From positions 960,001 to 1,024,000 of the forward strand of contig OZ223209.1 in the NCBI GenBank assembly GCA_965140415.1: a stretch of 64,000 nt of DNA. Direction: 5' to 3'. This DNA is from Myxococcota bacterium (GTDB lineage: Bacteria > Myxococcota_A > SURF-8). The notes under the pieces were generated by a model. That model saw only the letters and a list, made by a program, of their open reading frames with translations. It did not search any database and was not told the DNA's origin. The position numbers and the translations under genes are program-made. Shown piece by piece: positions 49,325 to 58,235 of this stretch (the first letter of the stretch is position 1; each line of letters begins with the position of its first letter).

Positions 49325-50101
49325 CTAGAGCCGCCAGCCATGCGGGATGGGCTGATCGTCGAAGTGGATGCGTCCGGCTTCATCTCGTGCGAACCTGCCG
49401 CGCGCCATGGCTTCCAGCGTCTGCGGGAAGACCACCCAGTCGCCATCGATTTTCAAGCGTTCCTGGTTGTCCTCTTCCACCTGTAACGCCGTGGCCGGAT
49501 CGGACAGATTCACTCCGGCAGGCACTTCCACCGCTACCGCAGAGGAGATCATCAACAGCCCGCCGCCGTCTACTTCCGCTTCGATCAGATGCGTGCTGGA
49601 GCGCACCGAGGTTTCTCCCGCCAATATCGCATCGCGCACCGCATGATCGCCGGTATAGCGCCGCTTGCCCTGCTCGTTAAGCACGCTTAAATCCGCCGGG
49701 TGAACGTTGACACCCAGAAAGGCGCGAATAAGCGGTTCGGTGGCGACACTCATATAGCCGCCGTACACGGCGACGGTTGCCTGAAAGGGAGCCAGCGCCG
49801 CCACGGTGGCGCGGTCGAATTCGGCACGGACTTGCATGTCGCGCCGGGGCTTATTGCGTGCGGCGTAAAACGCGCGAATGTCGCGCGTGAGCACCGGCAG
49901 ATCGAAATCGCGTCCGATGGCGTTGGCCTGACTGTCGGCATTATCGGAGAAAAGCGCCACCATCTGAAAGGGACTACCGCCCGGTTGTTGTTGCAGCTTG
50001 CGTTCGTGTTCGAGGATTCGGCGCAGGTTGGTACCCGAACCGGACATCAGCCCGATCATGCGCATGGGACCGTTGGTTGGATCGTGAAAAGGGGTCAACA
50101 T
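49325..50101 (-). CDS. purN: PurN-like GAR formyltransferase (atypical long form)
   Basis: MSGSGTN, GYM, NVHP, EVDGG; directly downstream of purQ. Confidence 0.75.
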   Translation of the reverse strand: MLTPFHDPTNGPMRMIGLMSGSGTNLRRILEHERKLQQQPGGSPFQMVALFSDNADSQANAIGRDFDLPVLTRDIRAFYAARNKPRRDMQVRAEFDRATVAALAPFQATVAVYGGYMSVATEPLIRAFLGVNVHPADLSVLNEQGKRRYTGDHAVRDAILAGETSVRSSTHLIEAEVDGGGLLMISSAVAVEVPAGVNLSDPATALQVEEDNQERLKIDGDWVVFPQTLEAMARGRFARDEAGRIHFDDQPIPHGWRL

Positions 50102-50159
50102 GTACTCATCTCCCATATCGGTGTCCAGCAATCCGATCCCTCCCCGACTATCGGTGGGA

Positions 50160-50963
50160 TCAGCCGAAATAGTGAACTGCGTTGCGGAATAATTGCAGGC
50201 CCTGACCTTCTTCCGGCAGGGACTTTCCTTCTCGCCGCAGTTTGTCTGCCATGGCGGTCCACTGCGGATGGTTGAGCATCGACAAAAAGCGCTCCGGATG
50301 CGGCATCAGACCGAACACGCGCCCCGAGCGGTCGCATAACCCGGCGATATCGCGGGGAGAACCGTTCGGATTGGCCGGATACGCGCCATTCACCGGCTGG
50401 CCTGCTTCATCGACGTAGGTCAGCGCGATCTGCCGGTTACTCTCCAGCCGGTCCAGGGTCTGATTGTCGGCGTAGAATTTGCCCTCGCCATGAGCGACGG
50501 GGAAATACAGCGTATCGATGCCGCGTAGCCAGACGCAGTCCGGATTCTGCACTTTCAAATGCACCCAGCGGTCTTCGAAACGACCGGAATCGTTGTAGGT
50601 CAGCGTAAGCGCCTGTGCGCCCAGCGGTTGCTCGGCATCGGTGACCAGACCACATTTGACCATCACCTGGAATCCGTTGCAGATGCCGATCACCAGGGTG
50701 TCGCGCTCCAGAAAACGCGCCATCGGTTCGCGTAGGTTGGTCACGAATTTATTGGCCAATACGCGCCCCGCGCCGATATCGTCGCCAAAGCTGAATCCGC
50801 CGGGGAAGGCCAGAATCTGGTAATCGTCCAGCGATTTGTGACCGTCGATCAGATCGTTGATATGCACCCGCTCGGCCTCGCCCCCGGCCATTTCGAAAGC
50901 GGTTTGCGTTTCGTAATCGCAATTGATGCCGTAGCCCGTTAAAATCAGTGCTCTTGGTTTCAT
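50160..50963 (-). CDS. purQ: FGAM synthase glutaminase subunit
   Basis: GINCD.ET, PGGFSFGD, GICNGFQ, AHGEG, NPNGS, MPHPER. Confidence 0.96.
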   Translation of the reverse strand: MKPRALILTGYGINCDYETQTAFEMAGGEAERVHINDLIDGHKSLDDYQILAFPGGFSFGDDIGAGRVLANKFVTNLREPMARFLERDTLVIGICNGFQVMVKCGLVTDAEQPLGAQALTLTYNDSGRFEDRWVHLKVQNPDCVWLRGIDTLYFPVAHGEGKFYADNQTLDRLESNRQIALTYVDEAGQPVNGAYPANPNGSPRDIAGLCDRSGRVFGLMPHPERFLSMLNHPQWTAMADKLRREGKSLPEEGQGLQLFRNAVHYFG

Positions 50964-50973
50964 CTGTCTCGCC

Positions 50974-53967
50974 TTACCAGTCGAGGGTTTTCTTGTATGC
51001 GGTTTTCATGCGTTCGGTAGTCAGTGACACCAGCGGGGAAGCGTCTCCCGCGCGGAGTTCGACCGTTTCACCCGCTGCGACTTCGCCGATACAGGCAAAG
51101 GGCAAGCCGTTTAATAACGCTTCGAATTCCTTTGTGTTTTCAGGGGACACACTCACTACCAGACGCCCCTGCGATTCGCTGAACAGCAGTCGCGCGGGGG
51201 TCATTTCTTCGCTTTTTGGAATCAACGCCAGATCGGCGGAAAGTCCCAGTTCACCGGCCATGGCGCATTTGGCCAGCGCCACTCCCAACCCGCCCAGATG
51301 CACGCTGGCGGCGCTGGCGAGCAATCCTTTTTGAATGGCGTCTGCAACCACCAGATAAAGAGGCCGGGTTTTGGCCGGATCGGCGACGGGTGCACGGTTG
51401 CCGGTGTATGGGGCGTCCTGTTCGCGTTCGCCCAGCAGCCGGAAGTATTCCGAAGCACCTAATTCATCGGCGGTTTCACCCAGCACATACACGCGATCTC
51501 CCGCCGCTTTGAAATCCAGTGTCACGCAGCGGCGCACGTCGTGAATGTGACCGACGGAACTGATCAGCAAAGTGGGCGGCACCGAAATGTTGACGGCCTG
51601 ATCTTGCCCATCAAAGCCTTTGAAATCGTTGAACATACTGTCTTTACCGGAAATGAACGGCGCACCGTGAGCGATGGCCATGTCATAACAGGCTTTCGCG
51701 GTCAGTTTTAATTGTCCCAGTCGTTCGGGATCGTTACTGCTGCACCAGCAGAAGTTGTCCAGTAATGCAATGCGATTCGGATCGGCACCGATCGCCACCT
51801 GGTTGCGGATGGCGGTGTCGATGGCTGCTGCTGCCATCTGGTAGGGATCGAGATCGCCGTAGCTGGGATACAGGGCGGAACTCAGGCCGACACCTGCGGT
51901 TTTTTGCAGCATCGGGCGTACCACGGTGACGTCGGTGTGAACGTCCAGACCGCGTCCGATTAGCGGCTTGATCGTGCTGCCGCCTTGCACCTCATGATCG
52001 TACTGACGTACCACGTATTCTTTGGAGCAGAGATTCAACTGCGCCAGCATGGCGGCCAGATCTTCATTGAGATCGGGCGTTTCGGCCAGCTTCGGTTCCG
52101 GGAATGAGGGCGCTTGCCACTGACTGGCCAAGGTCTTTTTGGGTAGGCCATCGTGCAAAAAGTCCAGATCCACATCCATTACCTTCTCACCATTGAAGGT
52201 GGCGACGCAGCGCCCGCTGTCGGTGAATTGACCGATGACGGTCGCTTCCACATCGCGGCGGCGCATCAGATCCAGCAGTGCGTCCAACTTCTCCGGCGGA
52301 ACGGCGTAGGTCATGCGTTCCTGCGATTCGCTGATCCAGATCTCGTTGGGAGCCAGGCCGACGTACTTGATCGGCACCTTGGACAGGTCCACTTCGCAGC
52401 CGCCGGATTCCTTGGCCATTTCACCCGCCGAGCAGGACAAGCCACCCGCGCCGTTATCGGTGATCGAACGGTACAGGCCCAGATCGCGCGCTTCCAGTTG
52501 CGCGTCTCCCAGCTTTTTCTGTGTGATCGGGTCGCCGATCTGCACGGCTCCGGTCGGCGAACCGGCGTGCAGGCTTTCCGAAGAGAAAGTCGCGCCGTGA
52601 ATGCCGTCGGCTCCCACGCGCCCACCGGCCATGACGATCAGATCGCCCGGCAGCGCTCGTTTTTCGTGGCTGGGCTGCCCGTTTACGATTTCCGGTAGAA
52701 TGCCCAAAGTGCCAACGAAAACAAGGGGTTTACCCATGTAGCGGTCGTCGAAAGTCAAAAAGCCCCAGCTTGTGGGAATACCGCTCTTGTTGCCGCCGTC
52801 TTCCACGCCCTTGCGCACACCCTCGAAAATGACCTTGGGATGCAGGATGGGGTTTTTCGAACCAGGCTTTCTGTAAGGTAACTCTTTGTTATAATAGGGA
52901 TTTCCAAAACAGAATCCGTACATGTTGGTTACGAGTTTCGCGCCGATGCCGGTGCCGAGCGGATCGCGATTGACACCCACGATGCCGGTAATGGCGCCGC
53001 CGTAAGGATCCAGCGCGCTGGGGCTGTTATGCGTTTCCACTTTGTAGCAGACGTTATAGCCGTCCACAAAACGGATCACGCCGGAGTTGTCGCTGAATAC
53101 CGACACGCACCAGTCATCCTTGCCCAGCTTTTCGCGAATTTCCCGTGTGGCGCGTTTGATGAAGCTGCCGTACAGGCTTTCCACATCGTCGATACTGGCA
53201 GCGAAAATCGTATGCTTGCAGTGCTCCGACCAGGTCTGGGCCAGGCTTTCCAGTTCCACGTCGGTGGGTGTGCGGCCTTCCTTATTAAAGTAGTCGCGAA
53301 TGACGTGCAACGATTCCAGATCAAGCGCCAGCGGTCCACGGCGCACCTCGCGACCGTCCGCCTCGACGCGGTCCAGGATTCCCTGCGAACCCAGTTTTTT
53401 CAACTCGTCATCATCGACATCGAGCGGTACACGATCCACGCGCGGATTGGGAGCGAGCGTCACTTTCGGTGGCGCACCGGTCAACGCGGTCGCTTTTACC
53501 TGCGCCAGCGAATGAATCGCCGCCCGGTTGATCAGCGGGTTGCTCAGCCAATCGGCAATGCGCTTGGCCTGTGCTTCGTCGAGCGAGCCGGAGAGCAGAT
53601 AGGCGCGTGCGGAATAGACCGCTTCGCCCGGCTGAAAACTCACGCCCAGAAGATCCCGGATGCCGTCGCGGCTGGTGCGCCCGACGTTATCGGTGACTCC
53701 GGGCAGAAAGCCGACTTCGATCCACCAGTCGAAATTCAGGCTGACCGGCGTATCCACGCTGGATTGCTGCGTGACGGGATCGGTGAACAGTTCGCTTCGA
53801 CAGCGTTCGATCTGCTCCGCGCTCAGCTCTTTGTCGATGGTGTAGACCTCGACCACGCGGACATCGGATAGGGAAATACCCAGATCGGTTTTCACCCGCC
53901 CGGCCAACGCCAGACCGGCGGCGTCTTTGACCTCGGGTTGATGGATAACTTCGATTCGTGCCGCCAT
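50974..53967 (-). CDS. purL: FGAM synthase synthetase subunit with PurS-like N-terminus
   Basis: WSEHCKH, KVETHNSPS, DGIHGA, DNGAGGLS, SESQERM, SGKDS. Confidence 0.96.
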   Translation of the reverse strand: MAARIEVIHQPEVKDAAGLALAGRVKTDLGISLSDVRVVEVYTIDKELSAEQIERCRSELFTDPVTQQSSVDTPVSLNFDWWIEVGFLPGVTDNVGRTSRDGIRDLLGVSFQPGEAVYSARAYLLSGSLDEAQAKRIADWLSNPLINRAAIHSLAQVKATALTGAPPKVTLAPNPRVDRVPLDVDDDELKKLGSQGILDRVEADGREVRRGPLALDLESLHVIRDYFNKEGRTPTDVELESLAQTWSEHCKHTIFAASIDDVESLYGSFIKRATREIREKLGKDDWCVSVFSDNSGVIRFVDGYNVCYKVETHNSPSALDPYGGAITGIVGVNRDPLGTGIGAKLVTNMYGFCFGNPYYNKELPYRKPGSKNPILHPKVIFEGVRKGVEDGGNKSGIPTSWGFLTFDDRYMGKPLVFVGTLGILPEIVNGQPSHEKRALPGDLIVMAGGRVGADGIHGATFSSESLHAGSPTGAVQIGDPITQKKLGDAQLEARDLGLYRSITDNGAGGLSCSAGEMAKESGGCEVDLSKVPIKYVGLAPNEIWISESQERMTYAVPPEKLDALLDLMRRRDVEATVIGQFTDSGRCVATFNGEKVMDVDLDFLHDGLPKKTLASQWQAPSFPEPKLAETPDLNEDLAAMLAQLNLCSKEYVVRQYDHEVQGGSTIKPLIGRGLDVHTDVTVVRPMLQKTAGVGLSSALYPSYGDLDPYQMAAAAIDTAIRNQVAIGADPNRIALLDNFCWCSSNDPERLGQLKLTAKACYDMAIAHGAPFISGKDSMFNDFKGFDGQDQAVNISVPPTLLISSVGHIHDVRRCVTLDFKAAGDRVYVLGETADELGASEYFRLLGEREQDAPYTGNRAPVADPAKTRPLYLVVADAIQKGLLASAASVHLGGLGVALAKCAMAGELGLSADLALIPKSEEMTPARLLFSESQGRLVVSVSPENTKEFEALLNGLPFACIGEVAAGETVELRAGDASPLVSLTTERMKTAYKKTLDW

Positions 53968-54110
53968 GATGATCCTCGATCGTAGTAAAATGATGAACAA
54001 AACACCGGTCCCGTTTTGCGAGCCAAGCGGCTGGCATTTAACGTTTCCGATGTGGATCGCTACACCAAACTTGCGGCTACAAGCGCCCGGTGCAGCATGG
54101 AGCGCAGAGT

Positions 54111-54917
54111 CTACGCGTTAAGACCCAATTCGTCAATCAATTCGGGAGCAGTTTGTTGTAATGCTTCGCGCAATTTGGCAACTTGGCTTCGATTCAGGCG
54201 CACCGCACCGATAACGTGTTCCTCGAACGCTTCCCAGCTATGGGGAGCGACGGCTTTGACCGCGGTGGCCATGGCATCTGCGTAGACGCGGATTTCATAC
54301 TGGGCGTGTGCATCGAGCCGGAGGCGGATGAAGTGCAGCAGGTTGCGAAGATCGATCTGCCAGTACATTTCGGTATAAAGAGACAGCGGCAGGTTGATGC
54401 GCGACAGTTCGCGGGCGATATCGGCATCGATCATTTCGCGGTAACCCTGGAAGGATTGTCCCTGATCGCGGCGCAGAATTTCCAGCACGCGATTTCGCAG
54501 TTCGCCGGGAACCTCTTCTTCGCTGCCGCCTTGACGGTTGGTTTTACTCTGGAAGCGGATGTCGTTTTCCGCCGGAATGTAGAATTCATCCGGCATGGGG
54601 CTGTAACGACCCGAGATTTCATTCATGCGTGCGGTGCGATGCCGCACCAGTTGACGCGCCACGAAAATGGGCATTTTCAAGTGGAAGGTAAACACCACCT
54701 GCTCGAAGGGCGACATGTGCTCGTTGCGCAGCAGGTAGTTGATTAACCCCTTGTCTTCCCTCACGGTTTTTGTGCCCGCTCCATAGGAAACGCGCGCGCT
54801 GGCGACGATGCGGTCGTCGGAACCCATGTAATCGACCAGACGGACGAATCCGTGGTTCAATACCGGGATTTGCTGATCCAGAAGTTTTTCGGCTTCGGCT
54901 ACGGTTACATGCGCCAT
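54111..54917 (-). CDS. thyX: FAD-dependent thymidylate synthase
   Basis: ARVSY, HMSPFE, RQLVRHR...NEISGRY, HAQYEIR; RBS GGAGG. Confidence 0.96.
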   Translation of the reverse strand: MAHVTVAEAEKLLDQQIPVLNHGFVRLVDYMGSDDRIVASARVSYGAGTKTVREDKGLINYLLRNEHMSPFEQVVFTFHLKMPIFVARQLVRHRTARMNEISGRYSPMPDEFYIPAENDIRFQSKTNRQGGSEEEVPGELRNRVLEILRRDQGQSFQGYREMIDADIARELSRINLPLSLYTEMYWQIDLRNLLHFIRLRLDAHAQYEIRVYADAMATAVKAVAPHSWEAFEEHVIGAVRLNRSQVAKLREALQQTAPELIDELGLNA

Positions 54918-55112
54918 GCGGCACCTCCCTGATTGTTTGCGAGGCGTGTTCGATCTCGATAAAGCTGGTATTTCCAACCGTCCGGGCAGCCCATAGAAAT
55001 GTGAAACTCCAATTGACTCCCCTCAGTATATTTATGGGTCGGAGTCTAGCATCATTGGTACGGACGGGCAAGCCACTTTTATGAAAAATGGAAAGGGATT
55101 TTTCGGATTCAC

Positions 55113-56201
55113 TCAGGTCTGGTGCGAGGACGTATAATCGGGTTCTTCGGAGAAGCAGTCGGCCATGGTTTGCAACAGGCGATTCAGTTCAAAGGGGCGC
55201 GCCAGAAAAGGAATTTTAAACTCGTGGATTAGCCGTGTGGATTCCGGTTCCGGTTCTCCAGCGCATGTGAATATTACCTTAATATGTGGAAATAACTGGT
55301 GTAATTCACAATACACCTGGCAGCCGTGTTTCTTCTCAATATTCATGTCCAAAACGCAGAGATCGATGGTGTTTTCCGTCGTCAATAGGTATTCTTCGGC
55401 TTCGATGCCATCGCTGGCTTCCTGCACCAGGCAGCCGCAATCCACCAGCATTTTACGCACCACCGAGCGTGTCATACGATCGGGATCGACCAGTAAAACA
55501 GTTCTGTTTTCAAGTTTGTCTCGCAGCTGCGATTGAATGCGGTACACTTTCGGTTTCGGCGGAGTGGCTTTGGCTTCCGGGAGAAAAAGTTCACAGGTCA
55601 GATTGTGAGCTTGATGATTGTACATCTGCAAAAATCCCCCCATCGCTTCTATTTCTGCCCGCAATTCGGACAGGTTCTTACGTGGTGGTTGCGGAGGGCG
55701 TTTTTCGACGGGAATCGTTTTTAACCGATGCATTCCGTTGGCGGAATCTTCTGTCAGGATCATGCGCAACATGATGAAAGCACCCGCTTTGCCATGTTGC
55801 CGGGCTTGACTGCTTTCCGCTTCAATCTGCACTTTGCGGCTTTGTAATGTAAAGCTTCCTCCGTGACAATCGCGGTTGCAATGAGCGGCCAAATCGAAAA
55901 TCATTTGTAATAGTGTTTCACTGTCGGCCTGTAGTAGACAGGGGTCTTCCGAAGCTTCCCAGAATAGATCGCGATCGGCTGGAATGTAGCAGCGAATGCG
56001 CGGAATCGATTCGGCAACCAACTTGCGCAGGGACAATCGATGAACCTGGTGCTTGGCAATTTGAATGTCCTGCTGCTGCTGCCGCTTGGATCTCCAGCGA
56101 TTGGTTGCCACCAGACGCGCCAGGCGGTTCTCGGTTCGGATCGTTTCCGTCATCGAGCCGAGCTCGGCCAGCAATTCCTCGAAAGGATCTTGCCCGTTCA
56201 T
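55113..56201 (-). CDS. Degenerate HATPase-like region + atypical receiver domain
   Basis: C-terminal REC (VLLVD, EASDG.EA, LDM, FLARPF); N-part aligns by eye to eroded hybrid-kinase boxes. Confidence 0.7.
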   Translation of the reverse strand: MNGQDPFEELLAELGSMTETIRTENRLARLVATNRWRSKRQQQQDIQIAKHQVHRLSLRKLVAESIPRIRCYIPADRDLFWEASEDPCLLQADSETLLQMIFDLAAHCNRDCHGGSFTLQSRKVQIEAESSQARQHGKAGAFIMLRMILTEDSANGMHRLKTIPVEKRPPQPPRKNLSELRAEIEAMGGFLQMYNHQAHNLTCELFLPEAKATPPKPKVYRIQSQLRDKLENRTVLLVDPDRMTRSVVRKMLVDCGCLVQEASDGIEAEEYLLTTENTIDLCVLDMNIEKKHGCQVYCELHQLFPHIKVIFTCAGEPEPESTRLIHEFKIPFLARPFELNRLLQTMADCFSEEPDYTSSHQT

Positions 56202-56743
56202 GTCCAACCCCCTTGGTTGTTTTGTTCAGATAGGTACTGAACCCGTTTTATATCGTCGCACTGGAATTTCGCTAAAACTGCAATCCGGTTGCCACACGGA
56301 ATAGTTACCGATCCGGAAGCAGGTTTGACAAAAGAGCGAATTCCAGTCTGACGCCCACTAAGGATAGTGGACATGAGATATTTGTCAAGTAGAAATCGTT
56401 TTTATTTGTGGCTTTTTATTTTTACATTGTGTAAATAATTTAATCTATAGGAAAGCTGCGTTGAAAACTGACACAATGAATCTAACTAATAGAAATTATT
56501 GAAACATTTTATAGATCAAAATGACATGCGTGTCAGTTGCTTGGTTGTAGGCAAGTACGATTGATCTGTCCTGGTGCAATGTCGAATTCAAACCAAAATT
56601 TAAAGATGGAGAGCCATCAAGATGGAATCCCTCTGTCTGAGTATCGAAGAAACAGACTCATCCAATTCTTGACTTTTAGTGGGCTTAAGGTAGGCTTGGA
56701 CGATATTGGATAGACGGTTCTGTCCCTTTGCTGGAGGTCATGC

Positions 56744-57955
56744 ATGTACCGCGTGATAGTGGATGAGAGAAGCTACGATCTGGAGTCGGTTGAGCAACTG
56801 GAGAAATGGTATAACTCCGGCAAGGTGTTTGCGCATACCCTCGTTGTTGATCCGGTGAGCGGGCGGGAGACCTCGGTGGTGGAGTTCCTGGAGAATCCGG
56901 TGTTTTTTACAACGGTTGCAGGTTACCAGAAAGAAGATCCGGACCAATTACTTGAGCGTCAACTAGCCTACATTACCAGTCGTCCAGCCGAAGATTTTAC
57001 GGAAGCCGAATTCGAGCGCCTTCAGCAGTACATGGATCTCTTAAAGGAACATGACAAGCAGGGACTGATCAGTTGGGAGCAATTGATTCTTTTCCGCAAG
57101 CACTTGCGGAAGATCGCCATGGAAATTGAAATGCGTGAGCGGTTAGCGGAGATTCTGGAAGAAGATCGCATTTCAAAGCAACTTCGGGAAGAGGAAGAAG
57201 AGGAGGAACGGCAAAAGGCGACTCCGATTCAACTGTTACCCGATCTGTTCCTAAAGCGCAGAGGCGAAGGCAACCGCCGACAACGTCCCGAGCGCCCGGA
57301 GCCCAGGCCATACCGACAACCGCGTGAAGCGCAACCGCCCCAATCGCAGCAATCCAAGGATGAAAGCGCAAGCCAACAGCAACCGGCCAAGCGCGTCTGG
57401 TTTTTCCACTCACCGATGATCATCTTTATTGCACTGGTTTTTTTCACGCCATTGGGCCTTGTGCTGCTCTGGACGGCACCGCGTCTGGGGTTATTGGGCA
57501 GTATTTTCATTCGCATCGTGTTGACCTTCATGTTCCTGCAATCCTATTTCATAGGGGAGAGCGACAATCTTTTCGAGAATTTCAGGAATCGTATCGAGCA
57601 GGATCTGGGGGTTTTCACCCAGTTGCAGCCGGTGCAGGCCGAATTCGGGACGACCTTTGTAAGTGAACCGGAGTGGCAGGTTTCCGGCGCTGCCGGAAGT
57701 TATCCGGCAGGTCAGAAAATCTATTACCTGCTGCGACACATCACCTGCAATCAACCAACCGTGACCAGTACATTGCTGGTGTTGACCGATGACGGCTATA
57801 CGGAGTTGGAAAAAAGCAGCCTGGAATGGGATGCTTCTTACAAGATCTACACCAATCAGTTCGTTCCCAAAACCGAAGGCACTTACCTGGTTAAATTCCA
57901 CTGCGGCGAAAAGGAACTTACTGTTTTGGATGCCGCAGTCGATGTGCATCCCTGA
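56744..57955 (+). CDS. Hypothetical membrane protein
   Basis: RBS GGAGG; coiled coil, TM segments, C-terminal beta-rich domain. Confidence 0.7.
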   Translation: MYRVIVDERSYDLESVEQLEKWYNSGKVFAHTLVVDPVSGRETSVVEFLENPVFFTTVAGYQKEDPDQLLERQLAYITSRPAEDFTEAEFERLQQYMDLLKEHDKQGLISWEQLILFRKHLRKIAMEIEMRERLAEILEEDRISKQLREEEEEEERQKATPIQLLPDLFLKRRGEGNRRQRPERPEPRPYRQPREAQPPQSQQSKDESASQQQPAKRVWFFHSPMIIFIALVFFTPLGLVLLWTAPRLGLLGSIFIRIVLTFMFLQSYFIGESDNLFENFRNRIEQDLGVFTQLQPVQAEFGTTFVSEPEWQVSGAAGSYPAGQKIYYLLRHITCNQPTVTSTLLVLTDDGYTELEKSSLEWDASYKIYTNQFVPKTEGTYLVKFHCGEKELTVLDAAVDVHP

Positions 57956-58007
57956 CCTGTTCCCATTTTCTTGCAATTTGAGAAAACCGACGAGAAGTTA
58001 TCATGGA

Positions 58008-58094
58008 GGATGGCATAGGCCAAGCGAAGAGAAGCGAAGCTTGCCCATGTAACTCTCGAACACGGGCAAGCCTGCGGCTTAGCTCGCGCCACCC
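58008..58094. repeat. 87-bp REPIN/MITE-like element, copy 2
   Basis: Colinear with 38351-38437. Confidence 0.8.
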
Positions 58095-58235
58095 CGAAAA
58101 CGGACAGATTAGCAAGTTCCTGATCCGCTCCTCTACCAAGCACGACATTCGCATTGCCAAGTTACCCTGATTCGGTTAGCATAAAAGGAGACGGGATTCT
58201 CGGCTCTGACGTTCAACCTAGGGAGGGAGCGATCA

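Noticed and set aside
49117-49680. 187-aa plus-strand ORF
   Set aside because: Mostly antisense to the PurN-like gene; no recognisable domain
56208-56743. AT-rich 530-bp gap as a replication origin or riboswitch
   Set aside because: No DnaA-box cluster or riboswitch consensus recognised; fits a divergent promoter region
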